A DNA stretch of 63,836 nucleotides, the filler included, from Lenisia limosa (Eukaryota > Protista > Breviatea): assembly GCA_001655205.1 (NCBI GenBank). It is 12 parts of 12 records of this genome, joined end to end, with 100 filler letters (N's around TTAATTAATTAA, not from the genome) between each part and the next. Parts side by side here need not be neighbours in the genome. Positions count along the whole stretch, not along the records: positions 17,466 to 32,779 come from LPNZ01011396.1; positions 32,880 to 34,342 come from LPNZ01004464.1; positions 34,443 to 36,698 come from LPNZ01005807.1; positions 36,799 to 38,281 come from LPNZ01001750.1; 8 more parts are not named here. One strand, given 5' to 3'. The notes under the pieces were generated by a model. It did not search any database and was not told the origin of the DNA. It saw only the letters and a list, made by a program, of their open reading frames with translations. The translations under genes were made by a program, and so were the position numbers. This document shows positions 23,926 to 36,852 of the stretch, one piece after another (positions within the stretch are counted from its first letter, which is position 1; each line of letters begins with the position of its first letter).

Positions 23926-25854
23926 GTAGGATCGATTAATTGTTGATTCGTTTTTTACGTAAACGAGGTTGCATTTTCGTATATTAATACTTTTCTCACC
24001 GAAAGTTTTTGATTTAATCACCAAAAATTTTATATTTCTATTTATTTCTTTATGATACTCTTTTCAAAGAGATTACAAACAAATATAATCTTAGCATACA
24101 GAAAAAACTGCGCAAGGATTAGCATTCACTAAATTAATGAATTCTCTTGTTCTGACCCAATAGTATTATTATTATTACCCTTTTTTACATGATAGGTTGT
24201 TATTTCCCTCCTTCTAATGAACAGGTTATTTCCGGCCACTTGCCAACTGCTCGTGGATATACTGGTTGGGGATGGGGATAGAATATAGTATAACTAAGGC
24301 GTCACTTCGTTTCGGGGAAAATGTCGATAGCTAATGAGGATTTATCGAGAAGTTCAGTCTTTTTTTTCGAACCGAATTGAAGCCCTAGTATAACCAAATG
24401 AAAATACTAGTTATTATACGTTTAATTGCGTAAGCTTATTCTACATCTCTGTATAATGAAGCTGAATCATTTTAGTCAGAGCTATTTTCATCAATAGATA
24501 TTATATTTAAAATATTTTTTAATTGGTTTTCTGTTTAATTGTTCGATTCTTTGATTGTGGCGTTTAGCTAATGAGCTCTTGGACTATCTCGGACGTAATG
24601 TTCAGCATCTCTTTTCGTCTTTTTCAGTGGGGGGGGGGTGACAACTAGGGCTTCCCTACAGTCCCAAAGATAACTTAATTTCTCGATAAATCCTCGATAA
24701 ATATCTAATACTTTATCGGTCTTTTTCCGACCATATAGAAGCCCTAATGACAACTTATCGTCTTATTCAGAATGGTGTGTTATCTGGTATGTACCTGGTT
24801 ACGCCAACATGGAAAATTGGCCTTTTTCACACCCAGAAGTACCTTAGGGCCCCTGTTTAAAAGTGTACCTGGTTACCCCAAACACACCTATTTAAAGAAA
24901 AGACAAGAATGAACAAATTAGAGAGAAGAAAGAAACTTGAACGCAGAAAACGAAGAGTCTACTAGAAGCATAAACTTAAATAGAGAAACAGAAAGCCGAA
25001 CACTTTTCAACACAACACAGAGAATAGAATTCCCACTTTAGCCTGCTCCTTTGTGGTGTCCAGCTGAATTGGCTCATTAGGACTTGGGCTTGAAAGGCCC
25101 ACGTCTCAACGAGACCTGAACAGACAGCGCGTCAAAACAAGAAGCTGACTCTCGGCAGCGATGGGCAACAGTTTGCTCTTATTGGCAATGACATGGGCAA
25201 CAGTTTGCTCTTATTGGCAGTGACATGGGCAACAGTTTGCTCTTATTGGCAGTGACATGGACAAAGGGATACTCTGCTATTCGTAAAAAGGTCCATGGGA
25301 TAAAAATTTCGGGTGGGGTAACCAGGTACACCCAAAACCGAGGTATCCAGATGCTTTTAGTTGGGGTAACCAAGTGTACTTTTCTATGTTCTTTTGCCAA
25401 CGTAAAGCCCCTTAACCACTTCATCTTACTTCCCCATATGCACATTCCACTTTTTACTTCCCCATATGCATATTCCACTTTTTACTTCTTCTCTTTTTCA
25501 CCCCCATAAACCTGCCACTTTTTATCTGTCTTCACCCCCAAGATTTTGGGCGTTTTTGTTTAATAAATTTTCGAATTTTACTCCCCTAGATCTACCATGT
25601 AATTTGCGACCGCCTACCTGGCAAATCGTACTACCACATTGGCCCCCAAACCCAGGTACACAATGTAATGATCGGATGAACCTCCAGTATCATATCACTT
25701 GCAGACCTTGGATTATAAGTAGGGCTTCCCAACGGTCCCAAAAAAGATTGAATCTCTCTATAAATCCTCGATAAATATCGATATTTAAACGAAGCAGGGA
25801 AGCCCTAACTATAATCAAGTTGTTACAAACCTGAGGAATGAGGGGGAAAATACA

Positions 25855-25935
25855 TACAGTGACCGGGATAAGACTTGACTTATTTTCCTTGGGAAATCAT
25901 AGAGCAAATCGGTTAAGACTTATCCCGGTCACTAT
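25855..25935. mobile_element. MITE family B (~80 bp, TA-CAGTGACCGGGATAAGTCTTGACC..GGTCAAGACTTATCCCGGTCACTG-TA), Tc1/mariner-like ends
   Basis: Near-perfect TIRs with TA flanks; copies at ~31715-31797, 39590-39645 (partial), 50285-50365, 55411-55492, 58843-58924, 62273-62337. Confidence 0.85.
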
Positions 25936-26019
25936 ATATCTTGGAGCCTCCAAACCCGCTTTCTATCGATATATCATGCTATTTACAACCTCATCTTCAA
26001 TATATATGTCCACCCCAGA

Positions 26020-27870
26020 CCTCAACTTACACCCCTGTATTTACCCCCTTGTTCACCCCGCTGTTCCTGATATACGCTGAAGTGATGAACTGCGGTGCTG
26101 TAGTGATGGGATGTTGTGCTGCAGAAGCAGCTGGGCTGGGCTTTTTGTTTTGTTATTTTCCCGTAAATGTTTAGCCAGCAGAGGTCCTTTTGGTTTTTTT
26201 TATTATTTCATTGATTTGTCCATTTTACTTCCCAGATTCCACGATACGACCAGTACACAATCACATTCGGATACGCTGTTAAGCTCCTTGCTGACGACTC
26301 CAATGTCTTGTTTTCTGATGGTGGGGGGGTAATGTTTCTGGGGTTGGGGTGGCTTGGGCTTCACTTCATTCGAACAAAGACTGGATTTCTTGATAAATTC
26401 TTGAAAACTGTCGACATTTTCCCAGTATTATTCGAACCTAAGTGAGGCCCTTTTATTCCTCATAGTGTACGTAAGTTCGTGATATTTTGTTTTCTCAGTA
26501 CCATTCTGAAATCTGACCGACAATGTAGGCCCCATGACAAAGGCCGTTTTGAACGAGTGGACTATTGCGTATGAAAAGGAGACCCAAGGCGACAAGGGTG
26601 ACGGTGACTTCGGGGGGTATACATACCCTGCGTCTCACAACTACGTTGGAACTCACGTGAGTACGGGGGGTAAACGGAGGAAATTTCGATGAAGAATTTT
26701 GGCCAAAAGCCAGATGACAAAAACACAAAAACAAAAACAAGCCCGGTAAATTGCACCTTTCTATAAAGGTCACTGGTTTTTAACGCAAAAAGGAATTACT
26801 ATTCTCATAATAGTACTTGCCAACTTCAATAGGCTAGATTCCTTGTCAGTGGGCTAGATTCCTTATCAATGGGCTGGATTCCTTATCTTAATTATCACAT
26901 TATTGTAAGTCATAGTTGGTTTCTTCCTATTTGCCTCCACTGACACAGTAGGTTGAATATCTCTTTGCACTTCCTATGGTTGTGTTTGCTGACATCGAAG
27001 TCACCCCCAGAAACTGGTATGTTTATGCTGTAACAATAACTGTCTACACTATCATGATGGGAATTAATATTATACTATAATTCAATATCTCTTATAAGCG
27101 TGACCAGGTACAACCTTATTTTTTATTTCCTATTGCTATATAGATAATTATGTTTTTATATTCACTTTTGTTCCTATTCTTCACATTTCCCCCGCCCCTC
27201 AACTCGAATATTGATTAGAGGTGGTTCCTAATTGAATATCTCCTATAACGTACTAAAATCCAATATCTTTATAAGCGGGACGGCTTCGACCAGATACAGC
27301 CTTATTTTTCATTTCCCATTGCTATGATATATTATATGTAATTAGTAGTATATCAGAGATACCACCTTTATTTCTCACTTTAACTACAGGTGGTTCCTCC
27401 CCATTGCGGACATGAAAGACGCAGTTTAACTTGCCCCCCTCCTTACTGATTTTTTATTTGTTTGCATTTATTTTGTATTAATCATTTTTTTAATCTTATT
27501 AGAGACGACCTAAACAAGATCATTTTTTTTACCTTCTATCTTCAACCATCTCCTTTCTCATCCCATCACGTGATTACAAACGGCATAGGGGCTACCCCCC
27601 CCCCCCNNNNNNNNNNNNNNNNNNNNNNNNNNNNNNNNNNNNNNNNNNNNNNNNNNNNNNNNNNNNNNNNNNNNNNNNNNNNNNNNNNNNNNNNNNNNNN
27701 NNNCATACATAAATAAAAACAACACAGCTTTCACTTAACAGTCTACCGTAAGACTACCATAATGGATACAAAGATCTCAAGTTCACTCGATCTATGATCA
27801 AATCCATTTTGCTCGAAGCCATTTGGCCACTGTTTTCTGACAATCCGGGGTAATTTGTTCCCGTACGGTT
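26020..27870 (+). CDS. Hypothetical protein, exon chain of unknown function
   Basis: In-phase exons IPRYDQYTITFGYAVKLLADDSNVLFSD|GPMTKAVLNEWTIAYEKETQGDKGDGDFGGYTYPASHNYVGTH|VEYLFALPMVVFADIEVTPRN|WFLPIADMKDA; a further candidate exon reads GYKDLKFTRSMIKSILLEAIWPLFSDNPG. Confidence 0.5.
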
Positions 27871-28084
27871 TGGATAACCTAAACTCAATAAATGCGATTT
27901 TTTTGTTAAAAAAACGTCAAATAGAGGATATCGATTGTCTAATTAACAGCATTCATTTGGGGGTTTCTCTACATTCTAGCCCTATGATGTGTTATTTGTC
28001 TTCACTTCGGTTCGAAAAATACCGGTAAAATATCGATAATTTTCGTGATATCATAAGATAAAAAAACAGCTACCATCACACCTC

Positions 28085-28220
28085 ATCCCGTTGGAAACTT
28101 AGTACAAAGTCCGCGGCCGTATCCACGGTGGCGTCGTCAACAATATCATTTATAAACTGGTCCAAAAGCATCTTTCGGGCGTCCCGGTCTTCTGGAGTGA
28201 GGGAGGGAGGCGGGCCAATC
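28085..28220 (-). CDS. Coding exon of unassigned gene
   Basis: CAG|IGPPPSLTPEDRDARKMLLDQFINDIVDDATVDTAADFVLSFQRDE|GT. Confidence 0.4.
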
Positions 28221-29319
28221 TGGTAGGGTTAATAATGATGATAATACTGTTTTTGATTATGATATAATATATTGGCAGTGATGATGATAAGAACAAAAAG
28301 ACGAGTAGTGTTAATGATGAAGATGTTGGTGAGTTGGTGACGATTGTTGTGTCCGATCAAGATTGTTGTTGACGATGGTTGTGCAATATAAAGACGGTAT
28401 AAAGTGGCCTGATTTGTTGATGTTAATGATAATGTTGTGAAAGAACAGCGCCAATCAACAACTATGTTATAATGTTCAGTCGGGATGTGTGTGAGGGGAG
28501 GAGGGGGGGGGGGGGAANNNNNNNNNNNNNNNNNNNNNNNNNNNNNNNNNNNNNNNNNNNNNNNNNNNNNNNNNNNNNNNNNNNNNNNNNNNNNNNNNNN
28601 NNNNNNNNNNNNNNNNNNNNNNNNNNNNNNNNNNNNNNNNNNNNNNNNNNNNNNNNNNNNNNNNNNNNNNNNNNNNNNNNNNNNNNNNNNNNNNNNNNNN
28701 NNNNNNNNNNNNNNNNNNNNNNNNNNNNNNNNNNNNNNNNNNNNNNNNNNNNNNNNNNNNNNNNNNNNNNNNNNNNNNNNNNNNNNNNNNNNNNNNNNNN
28801 NNNNNNNNNNNNNNNNNNNNNNNNNNNNNNNNNNNNNNNNNNNNNNNNNNNNNNNNNNNNNNNNNNNNNNNNAACGAAATTAAAATTGGAAAATTTCAAA
28901 ATGATGCATTGTATAGACCAACTGAAAGTGAAGGATATCCGAAAATTTCAAGGCCCTATTTGAAGGCGTTATATAGTTTCAGTAATTGCTTTGCTCCATT
29001 GGAAGCGCCTAACCTGTACCTTCTTGTTCCAGGAAAACCAACATTCATCCTTCAGTTTCTGAAACTGCTGAATTCAGAAGAGCCGCTCAGATCTTAGATT
29101 CTGGTGAANNNNNNNNNNNNNNNNNNNNNNNNNNNNNNNNNNNNNNNNNNNNNNNNNNNNNNNNNNNNNNNNNNNNNNNNNNNNNNNNNNNNNNNNNNNN
29201 NNNNNNNNNNNNNNNNNNNNNNNNNNNNNNNNNNNNNNNNNNNNNNNNNNNNNNNNNNNNNNNNNNNNNNNNNNNNNNNNNNNNNNNNNNNNNNNNNNNN
29301 NNNNNNNNNNNNNTACTAA

Positions 29320-32300
29320 AGCCCGTAAAATTCTTTGTTTTAGAACGCGGAGAACAAGTGGTGTCAATTCGTCCAGGACAGGTAGGTAGTACTCATATAT
29401 TGTTATCTTTTAGATCATTGCGACAAAGGATGAAAACCTGATAGAGCAAGAAATGCCGCACCCAACAAAGGTGGAATTCTTGGGCCAAGCGATAAGACTG
29501 TCACAAAGTTGAAGGAAAAGAGGAACAATAAATCCAAAAAGTAACTGTAAATATATTTTGCAAAAGTGAAGTGGTTGAGATTGAAATGGACAAAGGGCTT
29601 TTTGGGAGGGAAAACAAAAAAAAGACACGATATCGAATAAATGACAAGGTTTCTGCGCAGCAGCATTTCTTGTCCTTTCAAAAATATTTCTGTTACTGAA
29701 TGTGTTTTTTAATACATTTTTTGTTCTTTCAAAATATTTTGTCTTTTAAAAACTCGACACTTAGAATCCCTTCGCCATCAGATCCCACGTACTTTAGAAC
29801 ATACAGCACTCACACGGTTGGCACACACAAGGTCAAGGCATATGAAGTGAAACGCATTACAGCATACGTCAAAGCTAGAAGGGGTCAAAAATGCACTAAT
29901 TTAGCGCCGAATTGCATCGATAACCACATCATACCCCCTTCATACCCGGGGTTCCCATCTTCGTAGTCAGATGAAACCGTGGGTTTGACAGCCTCGTGGA
30001 ATAGCCTTTCTTGGAACTCAACTGGCTGAAATTGTGATGCTTGTTGACGGTAGTTACTGATGATGATGATAAATATGATGACGGTGAATGCTGCTGTTGA
30101 TGATGGTGTTGTGGTGATGATGACGGAAGTGACTGCGATGTGGTGATGAAGAAGAGTGGTGGTAATACAATGCGCAGTGGATGATGCTAATGCTGGTGAT
30201 AATGCTGATGTTGATACATGGTAGTGGTGATGATGATATGTATCCAATACCTACTTTGGTCTTAACACAGGGCAAGCACGGACCTTTTGCAGTGGACACC
30301 TATGAAAGTAAAAAAAATTTGCAAAAAAAAATTTGAAAGTAAGAATTTTGATGTAAAAAAAAATTGACGACTTCTTCACCACTTTTACAATAGACTTCAC
30401 ATCACCCCACTCTTATGTTTTACTCTCCCCACTTCGATATGCTTCACAGGCCTCAACACAAGGCCCTCAGCAGTGTTATTGGCCACTTTCTCAAGACCAA
30501 ATTGAGCCGACACACGACTTTCAAACCTGAGACGTGAATTGTATAGAGATGAGGATAAAACAAGGTTGTATCCGGCCAAAGCCGTCACCACGAGAGATAT
30601 TTGATTATAGAATAATATATTAATCCATACATTCAGCTTTCTGTGTGCAGCATACAGATTAATGGAGTACTTTGCAGTTCTACACACCCTCTTCCTACAT
30701 ACTTATTTGATAGCTCCAACACCTTAGTCCTGGACGCACGGAGAAGAACGGGCGGTGTCATTAAATCTTTAGTGGATAAGTAAGGAATTAAAAACACTGA
30801 ATGAAACGTAACACTTTATTGTAGCTAAGCCTTCCCGTCAACCAAATTTCTCGATAAGTGTGGAAAGTCTGAAAGGCAAAAGTAATGCACATTATTCAAC
30901 AACAAAATTCGGTTTTATTTCACAAGGAGGTTAGAAAGGGCAATGATGTATGACTTCTCATTTTGCTTCAGATTTAATCATCCCTCAAACCATGAGTTTT
31001 GCATAAGGCTACAGTTTCATCATGTCCAAGAAACCGAAGAGAGCCTACAATGGGTGACTAGGAATGCCAATGAATTCAATGGAAGTACCTACAATTTTGA
31101 TTGGACCACCCGCCTGTAACCCACCATCACTGAAGACGCCAACATCGAACACGCTCCACGCATAATGTGGGCAGTAGTACACACCGGTTTGCACAGCAAC
31201 TCGCTCCGAGTCTGAATCAATAACGCAACAGAAATAGAAATATGTAATATTAAACCCAAATAGGATTAGAAATTGGAATATCTAAGAAATGTTTATCAAG
31301 ACAGTAGAAGGTGTCAAAATGTTTTACGGATATTGTTTATAACTAGGAAACTACGGTTTCGGACCGCAAGAAAACTAGCAAGGTTTCCAATCGTAGAAAT
31401 GAGAAACAAATTCATAGTATCTAATCTGGTTAATATATAGCAATGAGAAATTCAAAATAAGGTTGTATCTGACCGAAGCCATCCAATTGGACTATAGTAT
31501 GCTATTAATTCACCCATCATTTGCCTTATAGATTATAGCAAACCTTGGTTCGGATACGATCCACCAAAAAGCTCCCCATAAAAGTATACCACGGAATGGG
31601 TTGGAAACTCGGACGCAGCATTGATCAGACGATCCCGGTGATCTGCCGCGATCTGTGCAGTGAAGCACAATTCAGTGATATCAGACGGATAAGTCTTGAT
31701 CGATTTGCTGTGTGATAGTGACAGGGATAAGTCTTGACCGATTTGCTCTATCGTTTTCCAAGGAAAATAGGTCAAGAAGATTAATCCCGGTCGGTGTATT
31801 GTATTATTATAATTATAGAGCATATAATATTGAAGCACACACACATATACATATGATAGTATATGCATATGATATATAGACGTATTTAGAAATGAGAAAT
31901 AAAAAATAAGAATGTATCTGGCCGAAGCCNNNNNNNNNNNNNNNNNNNNNNNNNNNNNNNNNNNNNNNNNNNNNNNNNCAAAGGATACGACCACCCACCT
32001 GATTGACCTTGTAGAATGCAGGCTGTTCCGACTCAAGAAGCCATGACCCTCTTTTGCCAATTGCCACTATGTCGCCATTTTTAACGACAATCCTAAATAT
32101 CCATCAATAAGCTGAGACAGCAATCTTAATGGACATATGTGGATACAATATTCAAAGCTTGAATACTCAAGAAAACGATGAAAAATATTCACAAGTTCTT
32201 TATATTTTAACGTGGTATTTGTTCACCTTATTCTAGACCCTCATACACAACATTGGATCACCTTATTCTAGACCCTCATAAACAGCATTGGATCATCTTG

Positions 32301-32436
32301 TTCTAGACCCTCATAAACAGCATTGGATCACCCTCTATCAGACCCCCATACACGACATTTGAGCCATGGATTTTCTCAGTTGCGACCCAGGTGGCCTTGT
32401 TGAGCGCTGACGCCTCTTTTTGCGTACACTGCCACC
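29320..32436 (-). CDS. ATP-dependent RNA ligase, Rnl2/kinetoplastid-REL family; multi-exon, both ends uncertain
   Basis: Motif I WVATEKIHGSN, Ia AIGKRGSWL, III YFYGELFGGSYP, IIIa VQTGVYYCPHYAWSVFDV, IV FGLEKVANNTAEGLVLRP, V CVKTK|PVEFQE, then ANR. All appear in the correct order with GT-AG joins. Confidence 0.85.
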
Positions 32437-32944
32437 TGAAATACCGTTGATAACAAAGCCCAGGCCANNNNNNNNNNNNNNNNNNNNNNNNNNNNNNNNN
32501 NNNNNNNNNNNNNNNNNNNNNNNNNNNNNNNNNNNNNNNNNNNNNNNNNNNNNNNNNNNNNNNNNNNNNNNNNNNNNNNNNNNNNNNTCAGTTCTATTAT
32601 ATATAGGGTCCCAAAGATACAGAATTTCTCGATATTCTATTGGACTTTTTCAGACCGAAGAGACGCCAAAATTATATGTCATATCTACTATATGATTTGA
32701 TATACTTGAGTAGATACAATCAATGACTTCACTTTGGTTCCAAAAACTCGGGCAATACAATACCAATACTCTCCCACCCNNNNNNNNNNNNNNNNNNNNN
32801 NNNNNNNNNNNNNNNNNNNNNNNTTAATTAATTAANNNNNNNNNNNNNNNNNNNNNNNNNNNNNNNNNNNNNNNNNNNNACATGTATGATAATATATGAT
32901 ATAGTATATATATCGTATCCAAAATACCCCCCCGCTCACAATAG

Positions 32945-34270
32945 AGGTCACGCCATCAAAGCGGAACCCGTCAAACATGTACTCCTCAATCCAGTACCTG
33001 GAAGGTGATGCTAACATTGTGGACTCAAAAGAACTCAAAACCCCCACCTATCACCATATGTTACAAGTTGTCACAGAACTATGCCCATCACTCAATCTTC
33101 ATAAAATATCATTATGATACTGATTGTTAATAACAATTTCTATGTTTCTTTTCCAACTAAATGGAACATTTACTTCCAAAAGAAAAGGATTCTTTATCAA
33201 GAAATCTGTCTATATTGGGAGGATAAGATTTGAGCTATCGCCCCTTTACCTAAGGTTTGACAGCAGGAATCGGAGTACCTCGATGTGGCTGTAGTTAAAG
33301 AGGCGCGAGTCCCACAGATCATGGTTTCCGCGTCCACCCGAATGGAAGAAATGATGGTCTATGGGGGGGGGGGTGAAGAGGATAATTAATAAAATAAAAT
33401 GCCCAGAATCAACTCTGTTGACTAGGTATTTGTGAAACACACAAGGGTTAAAAACAACAACAAAGCTCAGACAGGGGAGGAGGATGAAGAGTGGAAGATT
33501 ATCACGAGAAAATGAATCCTGAAATTCACTAGCCATCGACCAGTACCGTACAACACACTCGCCATCGACCAGTACCGTACAACACACTAGCCTACCAGTA
33601 CCGTCCCATTCATTCAAGCCGTCAGTTGTATTCTTAGACGCGTGGGAATGGACAAGGTCAAGGAGAACAGTGAGACCGGCGGCGTGGGCCTTGTCAACCA
33701 GGTACTTCAGATCGTCAGGGGTACCTGGGGGTGTGGTTTTTATGAGAAACGAATAACACTACTTTGATGGTGCTCAACGCTACTATTAAAGGTGTGTATG
33801 GCAAGCGAAAAAAAAACAGAAGGGCAAGAATAATCGTATTCTGTTGAGAAGACCGTGGAAGGTATTATTTGTCATAGAAACTGCTGTGTGTCTATACAAC
33901 ACATTCATACCGAATCTCGAGCTTGGGGCAAAGAAAGACGTGACCTGGTAACCGAAAGAGGCGTAGTAGGCATGCTCCTGGACTGCCATCCTAGGAAATT
34001 AATTCATTTGAGAGTCTTGAATCATATCCAAGAAATGTGGATAATAGATTCAGCTGGTTTGCATGATGTCTGAACTGACCGATAGCATATTGACAGATCG
34101 AGGTTTTTAGAGCGAAATTTAGATATTTTGGTAACATGGAAGCCTTGTCATTGCCCCTTACATCTGAATAGTGTTGTAGCCGGACTCCTTGATGTAGGGT
34201 ACAATGTTGTCTGCAAATTCCCGGTATGTTCCAATACGTGGTTCAGGAGCTGCTACTCCAACTATGGACG
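32945..34270 (-). CDS. GBE1: 1,4-alpha-glucan (glycogen) branching enzyme, GH13; internal fragment
   Basis: [111 protein letters not shown]. Confidence 0.95.
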
Positions 34271-34519
34271 GTAAAACTTCAACGAATACTAGTTCCATAA
34301 AGGAACTAACCACGAGCCGAATCGGAAACTCCAAACAAACAANNNNNNNNNNNNNNNNNNNNNNNNNNNNNNNNNNNNNNNNNNNNTTAATTAATTAANN
34401 NNNNNNNNNNNNNNNNNNNNNNNNNNNNNNNNNNNNNNNNNNACAACAAAACAACCACATCCCATCACTCCAGCGTAAGGTAAATTTGACACTATAGTAT
34501 ACAGCATTAATCGACAAAG

Positions 34520-36698
34520 TAGCGCGAGGGGTGGCCCACCTCTTTAGTAAGGGGCTCGATTTTGGCATTTTCCGCCTCCAATTCCTCGCCATAGGAATCC
34601 CTCTCGTCCTTGAACGCTTCAGCATCGGATTGCGCCTAAGGGCAAGTTAAGAGGGAATATATGACGACGCTGCAGCCAAGATGATTACAAGTTTATAATG
34701 ACACTCTGGGCCCTCTTAGAGCAACACTTATGAGCCAGAGCTGATCCCCCCCCCCCCNNNNNNNNNNNNNNNNNNNNNNNNNNNNNNNNNNNNNNNNNNN
34801 NNNNNNNNNNNNNNNNNNNNNNNNNNNNNNNNNNNNNNNNNNNNNNNNNTTGTCGTTTTCTCAATTGCCTTCTCCGTTTCCTATTGGGGTGAGGGGAAAA
34901 TGGAAACGCATGAGACTCAAAACAAGAAGAAAAATAGTCGTCTACTGACTCATTACAGTGATGAAATTGAATAGCGAAGTGGGTGTGGGATCATAAAAAT
35001 TGGGCAATAGCAATATTATTTGTGGTCATGCAAGCCGACCTTGATTTTGCCATCCTTCGATCCAGAGAAGTTTTCTTCCTCCTTCTCCATTCTCTTGACT
35101 TCGGCATTAGCCTCAGCGTGCGTCTTCTGTGCCTCTGCATTGACACGAGTCAGCTCCTCCATCTCCTTCTCCGCTTTCTCCAACTGAAACGTAAATAACG
35201 CTGTTGCTATGTACTAATAATATGACATGATATGTGTAAGTAGTATACTATATTATATACTAGCTATATGATGTCATATTATTCTATTAGTATGATACAA
35301 TGTACAGCTTGCCAAGTATAATTATACTGTAAAGCATGAGTTGTAATAGTTTATTTGAAAATATTATACTACACCCCTCCAACCTTGACAAGAAGCACTA
35401 CACCCCTCCAACCTTGACAAGAAGCACNNNNNNNNNNNNNNNNNNNNNNNNNNNNNNNNNNNNNNNNNNNNNNNNNNNNNNNNNNNNNNNNNNNNNNNNN
35501 NNNNNNNNNNNNNNNNNNNNNNNNNNNNNNNNNNNNNNNNNNNNNNNNNNNNNNNNNNNNNNNNNNNNNNNNNNNNNNNNNNNNNNNNNNNNNNNNNNNN
35601 NNNNNNNNNNNNNNNNNNNNNNNNGCGCCTTGTGACGTAGTTTTCATTCTCTCATCAGCAAGGACCGCTTCATACTTCTTCAGCTACAGGGGTGTGAGGG
35701 GTCAAACGAAAAGACAATGAACACGCACAATGTAAAAGTATTTAAATAGGTTGATAGTCTATTAACAGAACTTAAAAGAAAAAGCTGGTGATGTCATGCA
35801 TAAGCAAAATCTCACCTCCAGAGTGTCTTTGAGCTCCATATGCTCATGCTGTTGCTTCTCAGCTGCCTCACTTTTGCTCGCAATCGCTGCTGCCCTACTT
35901 GGTGAGGCGGNNNNNNNNNNNNNNNNNNNNNNNNNNNNNNNNNNNNNNNNNNNNNNNNNNNNNNNNNNNNNNNNNNNNNNNNNNNNNNNNNNNNNNNNNN
36001 NNNGATATTTATCGAGGACGAGAAATTCAGTCTTTTTTTTGGTACCGCAGTGAAGCCCTACAACAAAATGGGATTGTTATAAGAAATATTCCTGCGTTCA
36101 TCTTATTACTTATTCCCATTCGCCTAGTACAACTACCACTCTTATTTCAGTTATTATGACCCCCCCCCCCCATGNNNNNNNNNNNNNNNNNNNNNNNNNN
36201 NNNNNNNNNNNNNNNNNNNNNNNNNNNNNNNNNNNNNNNNNNNNNNNNNNNNNNNNNNNNNNNNNNNNNNNNNNNNNNNNNNNNNNNNNNNNNNNNNNNN
36301 NNNNNNNNNNNNNNNNNNNNNNNNNNNNNNNNNNNNNNNNNNNNNNNNNNNNNNNNNNNNNNNNNNNNNNNNNNNNNNNNNNNNNNNNNNNNNNNNNNNN
36401 NNNNNTTTCTATACACGATACGTGTGATAAGAAAGAAGCTTGCAGTTGTGTTGCCAAAGTGATAAGAAAGAAGCTTCCCAAGAGCTACGATTGATTTAGG
36501 ATTCTTTTCACAATTCACCAGAAAACTACTTTGTCAAAGCATTTTGGTGTGAGTGGGTGTGGAAGGGGGTGGGAGAGCTTTACACCTACCTTGAGGGTCA
36601 ACAATGTCGCCTTCCTTGGTGACACAGCGCATTTTGACGTCCCTGTTAAAGGCGATTTTCTTGGCAGCATTGAGGTCCTCCACAACCAGCGTCTGGCC
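34520..36698 (-). CDS. SMC2: Condensin subunit SMC2; hinge plus coiled-coil fragment
   Basis: GQTLVVEDLNAAKKIAFNRDVKMRCVTKEGDIVDPQG (SMC2 hinge), followed by heptad-rich exons. Confidence 0.8.
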
Positions 36699-36852
36699 NN
36701 NNNNNNNNNNNNNNNNNNNNNNNNNNNNNNNNNNNNNNNNNNTTAATTAATTAANNNNNNNNNNNNNNNNNNNNNNNNNNNNNNNNNNNNNNNNNNNNTA
36801 GGGGATCAACTAGCAATATGCCATAGGGCCATTTTTGCTGGTTTTTTCGACG

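Noticed and set aside
29885-30247. His/Thr-rich ORF (and similar ORFs at 36806-37222 and 57857-58102)
   Set aside because: These are low-complexity intronic microsatellite or antisense-of-exon translations.
29320-36698. Apparent cluster of RNA ligase, GBE1 and SMC2
   Set aside because: Linkers at 32824, 34387 and 36743 separate them, so no physical linkage is shown.
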